Below are positions 21,397 through 30,661 of a DNA stretch of 64,000 nt, one piece after another. The notes under the pieces were generated by a model. That model ran no database searches. It worked only from the letters and a program-made list of their open reading frames with translations, and had not been told where the DNA came from. Location of the stretch: positions 384,001-448,000 of the forward strand of contig CAXXGJ010000038.1 in the NCBI GenBank assembly GCA_963677895.2. The letters are read 5' to 3'. The stretch's first letter is position 1; each line of letters opens with the position of its first letter. Both the position numbers and the translations under genes were made by a program. This DNA comes from Treponemataceae bacterium. Lineage in GTDB: Bacteria; Spirochaetota; Spirochaetia; Treponematales; Rectinemataceae.

Positions 21397-21892
21397 GAGC
21401 GCCGCGCCGGCTTGGAAGCGAGGACATAAGCAGCGAAGCCAGGAGCACTGCCAGCCCCGTCATCGCGGCGAGGATCTTGATCATCAGATCGGGAAGCCCG
21501 GTGGAAGAGCCCGCTCGAATGGGCTCATTATCCCGGCCGCGCGAAGGCTCGGCCGTCGCCTGCTGCGAAGAAGAGAAAATCACCATTCTCTCATCCTTGC
21601 GCAGATAGCCTATCGATCTCGCCTCCTGGGCGATTCGGTCCGAATTCGAAGCCAGGGCTTTGCGCAGATCCTGGAGCTTGGCGTTTTCCTCGTTCAGGAC
21701 GACGATTCTCTCGTTCATCTGTTGGATTCCCGATTTCATGTCCCTATAGGCTAACATTCCCGCCTGGCCGGCGAAGAATGAGACGATGCAGTATGTGATG
21801 ATGCAGGCGCAGAGAGCGTTCGACAAAGCGTCACCCAGAGCCGACAGGCCTCTGCCTGCCGGGTTGCGAAGTTGTGTTTCACCCATTATCAT
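21371..21892 (-). CDS. Septum formation initiator (FtsB/DivIC family)
   Basis: One TM helix, coiled coil, IAQEARSIGYLRKDE; start uncertain. Confidence 0.75.
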   Translation of the reverse strand: MIMGETQLRNPAGRGLSALGDALSNALCACIITYCIVSFFAGQAGMLAYRDMKSGIQQMNERIVVLNEENAKLQDLRKALASNSDRIAQEARSIGYLRKDERMVIFSSSQQATAEPSRGRDNEPIRAGSSTGLPDLMIKILAAMTGLAVLLASLLMSSLPSRRGALRTTANRS

Positions 21893-21928
21893 GATTTACG
21901 GTACAAACGCTTAGCCGCTTTAATAATA

Positions 21929-21989
21929 TTGACAGGCTGGCCCGACGGCTCTAGATTTGTCTTGTAAAGCCTTTCGTTCCTGATATAAT
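21929..21989 (+). promoter_or_regulatory. Tandem sigma70 promoters: TTGACA-N17-TAGATT and TTGTAA-N16-TATAAT
   Basis: Near-consensus hexamers upstream of the 22013 gene. Confidence 0.7.
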
Positions 21990-22012
21990 AATTCCATAGG
22001 GGAGATTTCACA

Positions 22013-22642
22013 GTGGGACAACAAAGTCAGGCGCATAAATCCTCGACCATCGATGCGCGGGAGGAACTTTTGGACGACGGAGTCTTCCTCAGCCCGGAAG
22101 AGACTGATGCCATCCTCTCCTCGCTCGAAAAAATCGACCAGAAACTGCTTTGGAATCCGCCGGTTTCCGGCTCCGACGAGGAAGGCGTTTTCATAGCCCC
22201 AGAGGACATCGAAGGACAGAGCCGTCCCGAAGATGAGGAAGCGACAATGCCCGATGCCCCTTCACCGCTGCCTCCAGCCCGCGTCCAGGGAACGGCGCGC
22301 GGCGGAGAATCCCTTCAGTCCGACCTTCTCTCGAGAATCGCCGGCGAACTGAGATCCATAAAGCTGGAGCTCGGTACGCTGAAAAATACCTATGACGACA
22401 TGATCTCCAAGGCTTCTTCCATCTCCGCCGGCGCTCGGCCGGAGAAAATCGAAGGCGCCGAGGCCGAAGCGGAGAATTCCGGGCGGCCCCTGCCCCAGGA
22501 GACGATGGCCGATCTCAAAAAGCTGCTTGGCTATCTGGACAGACTCTTGGAATCCCTTCCCGAGGAAAAAATCGACGAATTTGCCCGGTCGGAGTACTTT
22601 GAGTTGTATAGAAAAATATTCGAATTCCTGGATCTCGTCTGA
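22013..22642 (+). CDS. Hypothetical acidic protein with conserved-looking C-terminal helical domain
   Basis: SD GGGAG and strong promoters; C-terminus YLDRLLESLPEEKIDEFARSEYFELYRKIF resembles spirochaete hypothetical proteins. Confidence 0.7.
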   Translation: MGQQSQAHKSSTIDAREELLDDGVFLSPEETDAILSSLEKIDQKLLWNPPVSGSDEEGVFIAPEDIEGQSRPEDEEATMPDAPSPLPPARVQGTARGGESLQSDLLSRIAGELRSIKLELGTLKNTYDDMISKASSISAGARPEKIEGAEAEAENSGRPLPQETMADLKKLLGYLDRLLESLPEEKIDEFARSEYFELYRKIFEFLDLV

Positions 22643-22694
22643 AAAATCCCTTTCTCCCCGACATTCTTCCCCATTGAGCCCGCCTTCCGGCTGT

Positions 22695-24386
22695 TCAATC
22701 GAGAAAAAATGTGGTGCCCGCGCCGAAACCATAGGTTGATTTCAGCCATTCATCGAGCATCCTGGCCTTTTTTTCGAACTCAAGCCCGTATTTTTCCATA
22801 TAGAGCGCGATGGGAGCTTCCAGCTCGGGGTGATTTTCGAGAAGTCGCTCGGGCAATGTCTTGGTAAAATATTCCCCGGCATTTTTAGGCGCCTGCTGGA
22901 GGAGATAGGCCTGGACCTCGTTGGCCATGAGGGAAGCCGAATTCGTGTCGTAGTTCATCCATCCGAAATAAAGAACCCAGAACCACTTCTCCTCCTTGGA
23001 CATGCCGTTCCAGAGGGAAACGCAGAAATTACGGTAGCTGGCGTCGGTGAAGTAAACGGCATGGGAGGATTCATGGGTGAGGAAACGATGGCGAAGATAG
23101 GAATCCGATTCCTGGGTTATCGAGATGATGGCGCCGTTCCGGCTTCCAAAGCCATTGCCCTTCTTCGTGAGGAGGCCTTTTTCGACAAGAAAATCCCTGA
23201 GACGAAGTTCTTCAGCGCTCAAGGGAAAATCGCTTTTCCCGGCGGCCGTAAAGAACTTGGCCAGGTCCTCGGCCTTGTAATCGTGGGCATTCCAGCCGTG
23301 GAGGGAGGCGATCTCCTCGTCCTTCGCCAGCCTGCCGACGAAACCTCTCTTTTCGACGAAGAAAGCTAGCCGTTTGAGGTAGGCGTCCTGGACCGCGTAA
23401 TCCCTGAAATCGAACATCAGGACATCGGGAAGGAGATCCCAGCGGTACCACGCGAAATCCTCCCTCTCCGAAAGAAGAGGCTGGAGCAGCACGACGCCGG
23501 GATCCACGCGGGAGACGATTTCCTGGGGAAGCGCCTCGATATAGGCTGCTTCCAGCTGGATTTCGTCGGGAACGAGGATAGTCATGCGGGCTTGGCTCGA
23601 AGCGTCGGCAAAAACCGATGAAGGAATGACGAATTCCTTCTTGGCGCTCGCGCCGTTGGCGACAATCTTCCTGCCGGCTTCTATGACGATGTCGGCATCG
23701 GCGCGCTTGGCGTACCTGATGACGAGGGCCGTCGACAGCCCCTTTTCCTTCTCCGCCGCGTCTTGGCCGGAGAAAGGAATTTCCAGCTCCCAAAGGTTCG
23801 CGGAGGCACCCTTGCGATCGATGGTTATGCCGTCGGAAATCCTGTAGCCGCCCCTGACCTTGCGTTCATACCCCCTGAAAGCCGGGAGGATGGATACGGA
23901 ATCCAACTCTACAAGAGGCGTATCTTCCTTCGCGTCCGCGGCGGGGTTTGCCGGGGCGGCCACGTTTACGGAAAGCATCCTCACCGCCGAGGCAGCCGGA
24001 ATACTGAGATAGAAAACCGTAGCGCCTGGCCTGGCCGCGAAACGGACTTCCTGTCCGGCATTTTTCGCGTCGGCTGAGAGGGAGAGACTCACGAGGATGT
24101 TTTCCTGCTTTACCGTCATGCTTACGGCTACCATGAACCCCCGACCAATCCGCAGAGGTTTCCGCAGGGTATAGGAATTTTTTGGCCTCGCCAGGCTGAA
24201 GGTGTTTTCCTCCCCCTTGGGAAAGTCCGCTTTCTGGGCGAAAGGTAGGTTCTCGCCCGAGGCGGATTTCCACGCGAAGGATGAAATCTCCGCGCTCGAG
24301 CAGGAATGGAGGAGAAAGGCAAAGGCAAAAACGGCGGCTATGTGGATGGATTTTGGGCGCCGATTGGCCAAAGGGAATATATTCAT
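22695..24386 (-). CDS. Hypothetical lipoprotein with HExxH (HESSH) zinc-binding motif
   Basis: Lipobox-like FLLHSC; LTHESSHA followed about 45 aa later by ANEVQA. Confidence 0.65.
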   Translation of the reverse strand: MNIFPLANRRPKSIHIAAVFAFAFLLHSCSSAEISSFAWKSASGENLPFAQKADFPKGEENTFSLARPKNSYTLRKPLRIGRGFMVAVSMTVKQENILVSLSLSADAKNAGQEVRFAARPGATVFYLSIPAASAVRMLSVNVAAPANPAADAKEDTPLVELDSVSILPAFRGYERKVRGGYRISDGITIDRKGASANLWELEIPFSGQDAAEKEKGLSTALVIRYAKRADADIVIEAGRKIVANGASAKKEFVIPSSVFADASSQARMTILVPDEIQLEAAYIEALPQEIVSRVDPGVVLLQPLLSEREDFAWYRWDLLPDVLMFDFRDYAVQDAYLKRLAFFVEKRGFVGRLAKDEEIASLHGWNAHDYKAEDLAKFFTAAGKSDFPLSAEELRLRDFLVEKGLLTKKGNGFGSRNGAIISITQESDSYLRHRFLTHESSHAVYFTDASYRNFCVSLWNGMSKEEKWFWVLYFGWMNYDTNSASLMANEVQAYLLQQAPKNAGEYFTKTLPERLLENHPELEAPIALYMEKYGLEFEKKARMLDEWLKSTYGFGAGTTFFLD

Positions 24387-24403
24387 GCTTCAGGCATCTC
24401 CAA

Positions 24404-25174
24404 TCAGCGCAGCGAAAGCACCGAACTGGCCAGCATCCTCGCAATCTCGAAACGCTTGCCTGGCGACATTTCGCACTCTTTCTGCAGCAGCGCCTCCCAG
24501 GTCGTCCAGAATCCTTCGGGGACTACGGGAAGCAGGCGCAGATGCTCTTCGATATCCCGGTGGGAAGGCTCGAACTGCTTGTTCACCATGAAAACGCTGG
24601 CCGCCGCATAGCGGAAGAAACCGGCTTCCGAGAGAATGAGGAAAAACTTATCGTCGGAAAAGGAGGCGGCGCCCATATCGGAGAGATAGTGCTCCATCTT
24701 GGAGCTGAAGCTGTCCCAGAGAGCTTCCCATGCTGTATCCGGAAAGTTCTCGAGATCGAGACGTATCTTGTCGATCCACCCCGTGGCGCTGAAGATAACC
24801 TTGTTGTTTTTAAGGCGGTAGAAGGGATAGGTACCCGAATTCTTGAGAAGCTTCAGATGATGGTCAGGCTGCGCTATCATCTTGTTCATCAGGCTTATGT
24901 CTTTGTACTCTATGCGGACGGGCATTTCCTGAAGGAAAAATCTGTCCTTCGTCATTCCCGCGGCCGTCTCGAAATCCCCGGGGTCGCCGAAGGCATCCCT
25001 TCGTTTTTCGGAAGAAGGCACGGGGCCGCTGCAATATACATCGATGACCAGGGCGAAGTAGGGATCATAAGCGAAAACTTCCGACCTGGGATCCATGGTG
25101 ATGCATTCGACGTTGCTCCACCCCGAAATGGTTTCCTTGAGAAAATTGGTCAGCGCTTCTACCTTGTGTTCCAT
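24404..25174 (-). CDS. Conserved protein, DUF4037/nucleotidyltransferase-like
   Basis: YDPYFALVIDVY and VRIEYKD N-domain plus helical C-domain AASVFMVNKQFEPS. Confidence 0.6.
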   Translation of the reverse strand: MEHKVEALTNFLKETISGWSNVECITMDPRSEVFAYDPYFALVIDVYCSGPVPSSEKRRDAFGDPGDFETAAGMTKDRFFLQEMPVRIEYKDISLMNKMIAQPDHHLKLLKNSGTYPFYRLKNNKVIFSATGWIDKIRLDLENFPDTAWEALWDSFSSKMEHYLSDMGAASFSDDKFFLILSEAGFFRYAAASVFMVNKQFEPSHRDIEEHLRLLPVVPEGFWTTWEALLQKECEMSPGKRFEIARMLASSVLSLR

Positions 25175-25252
25175 AGTCGTCCACCTTTACGATCTCTAGG
25201 CTAAAATAGTACCATAGAATTTCTGCAAGTTCCATCGATGAAAGGGAGAGGA

Positions 25253-25789
25253 ATGGCAATTTTCGCGATCGCGCTCGTGCCGGAAGGCAATATAATCCGC
25301 TCGATACGGGAAATACGCTCATTCGCCTTCAGATCCGGCGACAGTCCCGAAGCTTCGGCGCTGCCGGAAGCCATCTACCTCGGGTTTTATTCGAAAAAGG
25401 GTTCGGGAATAGCCGCGAGCGGCGTTAAATCGTTCAGGAATAATGCCCATTGCCTTTTCACCGATCTCCCTCCCCTCCTTCGTTTCTCATCCGCCGCCTT
25501 CGTCGACGGGAAATGGTATATAGTCCCGGAAACGCCTTTTTCCGGGGGAATCCTCGCGGCGGCCGATAGTATCGCCAGGGAAAATGGCCTCAGTCCCATG
25601 GATTCGCCGCCTCTTTCGCCGGGAAGAGGTTTTTTCGCGGGAAATAATGTTACGCCGCCCCCTTTCGGCGCATTTTCATTTCGGCACCTGGACGCATTGC
25701 TCTACAGGATAGAGAGCGACAGCCGGGATCTGGACCGGGCGTGGTGGACAACGCTTGCCCGGACATCGCGCCGGATCGGCGTCCGCTGA
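25253..25789 (+). CDS. Hypothetical protein
   Basis: SD GGAGAGG before ATG 25253; fills the gap between divergent genes. Confidence 0.55.
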   Translation: MAIFAIALVPEGNIIRSIREIRSFAFRSGDSPEASALPEAIYLGFYSKKGSGIAASGVKSFRNNAHCLFTDLPPLLRFSSAAFVDGKWYIVPETPFSGGILAAADSIARENGLSPMDSPPLSPGRGFFAGNNVTPPPFGAFSFRHLDALLYRIESDSRDLDRAWWTTLARTSRRIGVR

Positions 25790-25898
25790 TACCGGTGCGC
25801 ACTTATGCCGCGCGCCGTGGTGAAGACAAAGCCTTCCGTGCTATAGTGCCGCATCAGGCTCTCGCATTGTTTGCCGTTCCGATGTTTGTGGAGGAAAG

Positions 25899-26501
25899 AT
25901 GAAACGAAAGATTGCCGCTGTCGGTCTGCTCACGCTTCTTGTCGCCTTGCCCCTTTTCGCGCAGGGTGGCGGTGAAAACCAGGATTATTTTGGAGGCCTG
26001 CACAGAAAAGGCAGCCAGATCATATCGCTCACCACAGGCGCCGGAGTACCGCTTTTCATACTCCCCGCCGACGCTCTCGCGACGGAAACCACGCCGTTGG
26101 GCGTGGGCGCCTCATTCAGCCTGGGATATCAGTATTTTGTGGCCAATAGGTTCACCATCGGAGGCTCGCTCTGCGGAGCCTTCAACACCACGGTGGGCGG
26201 GCGGACGCTTTTCGTGGCGCCGGTCGCCTTCAGGCTAGGTTACTGGTGGGGCAAGGAACCGATGGAATACACGGTGGGACTGGATGTCGGAGCCACCGTC
26301 CTCAGACTGTCGGGGGATGGCACGATCAGCCCCTTCGCGAAACTCGGAGGCGGCGTTTTCACCCAGGTAAGCGAGGCATGGAGCCTTGGTGGGCAAGTGT
26401 TCTGGTGGCTGATCCCCGAACTGCACTTCGGCGTCCACAGCGACCTCACCAGATATGCCAACTTCCTCGAAATCTCCGTCGGCGCCGTCTACCACTTCTA
26501 G
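25899..26501 (+). CDS. Small outer-membrane beta-barrel (TP0733/OmpW-like)
   Basis: Signal peptide, alternating beta strands, C-terminal ISVGAVYHF with terminal Phe. Confidence 0.75.
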   Translation: MKRKIAAVGLLTLLVALPLFAQGGGENQDYFGGLHRKGSQIISLTTGAGVPLFILPADALATETTPLGVGASFSLGYQYFVANRFTIGGSLCGAFNTTVGGRTLFVAPVAFRLGYWWGKEPMEYTVGLDVGATVLRLSGDGTISPFAKLGGGVFTQVSEAWSLGGQVFWWLIPELHFGVHSDLTRYANFLEISVGAVYHF

Positions 26502-26512
26502 GAGCGAGAACA

Positions 26513-27652
26513 ATGAAAATTAAACAACTGAACGTTGCGTTTCTGACAATTCTCGCCGTCGCTGCAAGCGTCGCCTTCGCGGCCTGCGACAACAGTTTCG
26601 GCGTCTTTCATGAGATCCAGACCGAGAAAGCCCAGGTGGGCACGGACGTATTCAAGAATGTCACCGTCAAGGCCCTGGCCGAGGACGGCAGCAATTACTA
26701 CGCGGCGATGGCCAAGGTTTTCTATCAGCCGACCGGTGGTGGCACATGGACCGTCCTCTCCGTGAACGGCGACACCGACTATTACTGCGTGGGGCTCGCC
26801 TCGGATGGCGCGGGAACCCTCTACGTGGCGACCGCCGACAAATCCACGACGGCCCTCAAGGGAATCTACTCCACCGCCAATTCGGGCTCCAGCTGGACCA
26901 AGATGGACAGCGGCGAATTCGCGGCGAAGATCGTTGATTCTCTTTTTTACGCCAACGGAACGCTTTTCGCGGCCGCCCATACCGATACGGAATCGAGCGA
27001 TACCTATTACCTCTACTATTGGGACACTGTGACCTCCAGTTTTCTGGCCGCTACATTTCCAAGCGCCCTCGATACCTCCATAACAGGGTTGGTCTATGGC
27101 GGCTCCGCGTATTGGGCCATGACATCGGGTATGCTCTATACGAGTACGGGGTCACCATTCACTTTTGCCTCAGACGGCACGGGCGGCACGCCTTCTTCGG
27201 CCAAGACACTCTGCGGTATCGCCGCGGATTCATCGGCCAATGTCCTTGTGACGACTACCGACGGCTATCTCTACACCTACGCTTCCTCAGCGTGGTCTTC
27301 CGATCTCCTCGCTTCCAGCGTGACACTGGGCGTCCTCGCCGAAGTTCCCATCGACGATGCGGCCAGCGCCTACCGCCTCCTCGTGGCCAAGCATAATTCC
27401 GGATACGGCTACTATGAATATGATGCCGTCACGAAGGCCGACCCAATCGCCGGAAACAACGCCGACGCCATTTTCGCGCCCACCGCGAGTTCTTACACGA
27501 CGACCATCTACACGAAGCCGGTCATGGCCTTTCACTATTCCGCGACGAACAAGACCCTTCTGATAGGGCTAGCCGCCCAGAGCACGGATACCTACGCGCT
27601 CTATTCCAATACGGTGAGCGGAAGCACCTGGTCCGGCTGGACCGCGGAATAG
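26513..27652 (+). CDS. Ser/Thr-rich lipoprotein, probable beta-propeller (treponemal TP0136-like)
   Basis: Lipobox AFAAC; BNR-like STANSGSSWTK; N-terminal CDN..GVFHEIQTE and C-terminal WTAE recall treponemal surface lipoproteins. Confidence 0.65.
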   Translation: MKIKQLNVAFLTILAVAASVAFAACDNSFGVFHEIQTEKAQVGTDVFKNVTVKALAEDGSNYYAAMAKVFYQPTGGGTWTVLSVNGDTDYYCVGLASDGAGTLYVATADKSTTALKGIYSTANSGSSWTKMDSGEFAAKIVDSLFYANGTLFAAAHTDTESSDTYYLYYWDTVTSSFLAATFPSALDTSITGLVYGGSAYWAMTSGMLYTSTGSPFTFASDGTGGTPSSAKTLCGIAADSSANVLVTTTDGYLYTYASSAWSSDLLASSVTLGVLAEVPIDDAASAYRLLVAKHNSGYGYYEYDAVTKADPIAGNNADAIFAPTASSYTTTIYTKPVMAFHYSATNKTLLIGLAAQSTDTYALYSNTVSGSTWSGWTAE

Positions 27653-27654
27653 AC

Positions 27655-30025
27655 ATGGCCCGGGAAAGCGACAACCCGCTGTTCGCCGCGCCTCAGGGCT
27701 CGCCCAAGGGCGGCGGCGGGGCGGCAGCCCGGGAAGGGCTCCGCGGCGGCCCGGGAACCGCGTTCCCGGGCCGCGAACCCCTCGCCTCCCGGATGCGTCC
27801 ACGCACCCTCGACGAGTTCACAGGTCAAGAACACATCGTAGGCCCGGGAAGACTCCTCAGACGGGCCATCCAGAAGGACCAGCTTTCCTCGATCATTCTC
27901 TCAGGCCCTCCGGGCACCGGAAAAACCACGCTCGCCCGCATCATCGCCAACACCACCCGAAGCGACTTCATCGCCCTCAACGCCGTCCTCTCGGGCGTCG
28001 CCGAACTCAGGGAGTCCATCGAAAGGGCGCGCCGCCACTACGAACTCTATTCGCTGCGCACCATCCTCTTCGTCGACGAAGTCCACCGCTGGAACAAGAG
28101 CCAGCAGGACGCACTCCTTCCCTGGGTCGAGAATGGCACCGTCGTCCTCATCGGCGCCACGACGGAGAACCCCTTCTTCGAGGTGAACCGCGCCCTCGTC
28201 TCGCGTTCCCGCGTCTTCCTCCTTCGAACGCTCACCGACGAGGACCTGGCGCGCATAGCCCAGATGACCCTCGGCGACAGGGAACGCGGCTACGGGGATT
28301 ATGCCGTCGATTTCGAGGAAGGCGCCCTCGAGCACCTCATCCACACGGCGGACGGCGACGCGCGCAGCCTCCTCAACGCCCTCGAGCTCGCCATAGAGAC
28401 TTCGGTGGACCGCTGGCCGCCCGAGGCGGGCACGAGCATAAAGGTGAGCCTCGAAACCTCGGAAGAAAGCATCCAGAAACGCGTCGTCCTCTACGACAAG
28501 GACGGCGACTACCACTACGACGCGATAAGCGCCTTCATCAAGAGCCTCAGAGGCTCTGACCCCGACGCCGCCCTCTATTGGCTCGCGCGCATGGTCTACG
28601 CCGGCGAAGATCCTTCCTTCATTTTTCGTCAGTATGTTCATATCCGCGGCTGAGGACATAGGTCTAGCCGACCCCAACGCGCTTCAGGTCGTATCTTCCT
28701 GCGCGCAGGCCTTCGACCGCATCGGCATGCCCGAAGGTCAGTATCACCTGAGCCTCGCCGCCCTCTACCTCGCCACCTGCCCGAAATCCAATTCGACGAT
28801 GGGCTATTTCGACGCGCTGAAGGCCGTCGAGGAGGAAGGCGCCGAAGTGCCCGACCATCTCAAGGACGCCAACAGGGATTCCGTCGGATTCGGCCATGGC
28901 GAAGGCTACAAGTATCCCCACGCCTACAAAGACCATTGGGTCGCCCAACAGTATCTGCCCGAATCGCTGAAACGCAGCGTCTTCTATTTCCCCGGCTCCA
29001 CGGGATTCGAGGGTACGCGCAGGATCCGATGTCCTTGAGCGGAGGGAAGCCCAGCTCTCCCTTATCGAGGAAGACATGGAGGATGGCCGTGCGTTCAGGC
29101 CAAACCGGGGCTTTCCGTCTGGTCCAAGGAAGGTGAGCGGCGGAAGAAATGGGTATCCAGGGCCGAGGGAGCCGCTTCGCTCAGGCTCCGCCTCGCCCGC
29201 GCCTTCCTCTTCGACGCCATCGCCTGCGGCAGATCCGAAACCATCCTCGTCCTGGATCCCAGAAAGGGGTTCTACGCCCTCGAAGCCGCCAGGCGCGCAC
29301 CTGAGGGAACGGTGGCCGTCCTCGTGGAAAACGAGGAAGCCCGGACCCAGCTCGAGCGGCTCACCGCGGACATCCCCGAACTCCTGCGCCCCATAGCCGT
29401 CACGCCCGCGCCTTCCGCCCCAGCCCCCCGCTGGCTGGAGGAGGGATTCGGATTCGCGGCCTTCGACAGAATACTTATCTGCGAGCCTCTCGGCCGCCAC
29501 GATCCTTCCTTCGATTATTGGGCATACGTCGAATCGGCCCTCGCCGCTTCCACGACCGCCCTCGCCGCCACAGCCTCTCCCGCCCCTGGCATCGTCTTTT
29601 TCGACATTCTGGGCGGACGGTCCAGCAATCTTTCCGAGATGCTGAGGTTGAATGTCCAGGACCCCGACCCGAAAATCAGGGTACTCATCGACGCGCTGGA
29701 AGCCTTCGAAAAGAAACGCGGAGGCGGACCGAGCCTTGCCGCGGACGCGATCCGCCAGGATGAGGAAAAGGCGGGGAAGATTTTCTCAAGCCATCTGAAA
29801 AAAGCGGGAATATCGAAGAAACCGGCCATGCGCGTTGAGCGCCTGACCTACGACCGCTACCTGACGGCGGCGGAAATCGAGACCTGGCTGTCCACGGAAA
29901 GCGACTACGGCGCCGCGCTGCGCGCGGATCTCGGCGCGGAAGCGCTGGCCAACCTCAAAGAGCTGCTCGGAAAAAAGATCGGAATGGTACGCTGGCCGCT
30001 CTTTTTGTCCCTGGCTACAGTCTGA
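27655..30025 (+). CDS. rarA: Replication-associated recombination AAA+ ATPase RarA/MgsA fused to a C-terminal domain; about three frameshifts (near 28631, 29025, 29100)
   Basis: [45 protein letters not shown]; next frame [18 protein letters not shown]; further frames give [10 protein letters not shown] and a methyltransferase-like C-domain. Confidence 0.88.
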
Positions 30026-30049
30026 ACATTGGCTTAAGCCGTAAACAGC

Positions 30050-30541
30050 TCAAATTAATAGGTCATTCAAACAAATAATTTTACTGCCTTTACTTTCATA
30101 ATAACGCAGCATTTCGTCAATTTTCCTTTTATCATAACTGGTAACGCAATCTGACAGGACATTAACGCGATAATTTGCTTTGCATAAGTTGTAGCAGGTC
30201 GATTTAACGCATGCGACAGCATCCGCTCCTGCTATGTAGAAATCACCTATTTCATTTTTACTTATAAAGTCCGCAAATTCTTCACAGCTTAACGCGTTTC
30301 CTTTGTATTTCGTAAAAACATTATTGGATGCAATTTTCAAGTCTGAAGCTAATTCCGACCCATGTGTATTGGGCTTAAAAGTCCTCGTGCCGGCTGATAA
30401 ATTTTCATGCCTTATATAAATAATATGAGTATTATCATTGACTGCCCAATCAATGGCTTTATTGATATTGCCAATGACATCCTTGTAATTCTTTGTTATG
30501 TCATTTTGAATATCGATTATTACTAAGGCTTTTTTCTGCAT
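30050..30541 (-). CDS. Isochorismatase-family cysteine hydrolase
   Basis: KALVIIDIQND (Asp), FTKYKGNA (Lys), AVACVKST (Cys); SD AGGAGG before ATG 30541. Confidence 0.9.
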   Translation of the reverse strand: MQKKALVIIDIQNDITKNYKDVIGNINKAIDWAVNDNTHIIYIRHENLSAGTRTFKPNTHGSELASDLKIASNNVFTKYKGNALSCEEFADFISKNEIGDFYIAGADAVACVKSTCYNLCKANYRVNVLSDCVTSYDKRKIDEMLRYYESKGSKIICLNDLLI

Positions 30542-30583
30542 CGTGTTTCCTCCTGATAGGCAGATTGATCTGTTTACTTTGTT

Positions 30584-30629
30584 ATTATACCTGGCAATTG
30601 TTGACAACAGTATGGCAACAATCTATAAA
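30584..30629. promoter_or_regulatory. Divergent promoters with a palindromic WYL-type operator
   Basis: ATTGTTGACA-acagta-TGGCAACAAT (30597-30622); plus-strand TTGACA-N17-TATAAA (30601-30629); minus-strand TATAAT at 30584-30589. Confidence 0.75.
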
Positions 30630-30661
30630 GACAACAAAATATTTTGATAGGCGGCTATCAA

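Noticed and set aside
29036..29038. In-frame TGA in rarA as possible selenocysteine or readthrough
   Set aside because: The alternative frame ([10 protein letters not shown]) looks like the real protein, so paired compensating indels explain it better; no SECIS-like context is evident.
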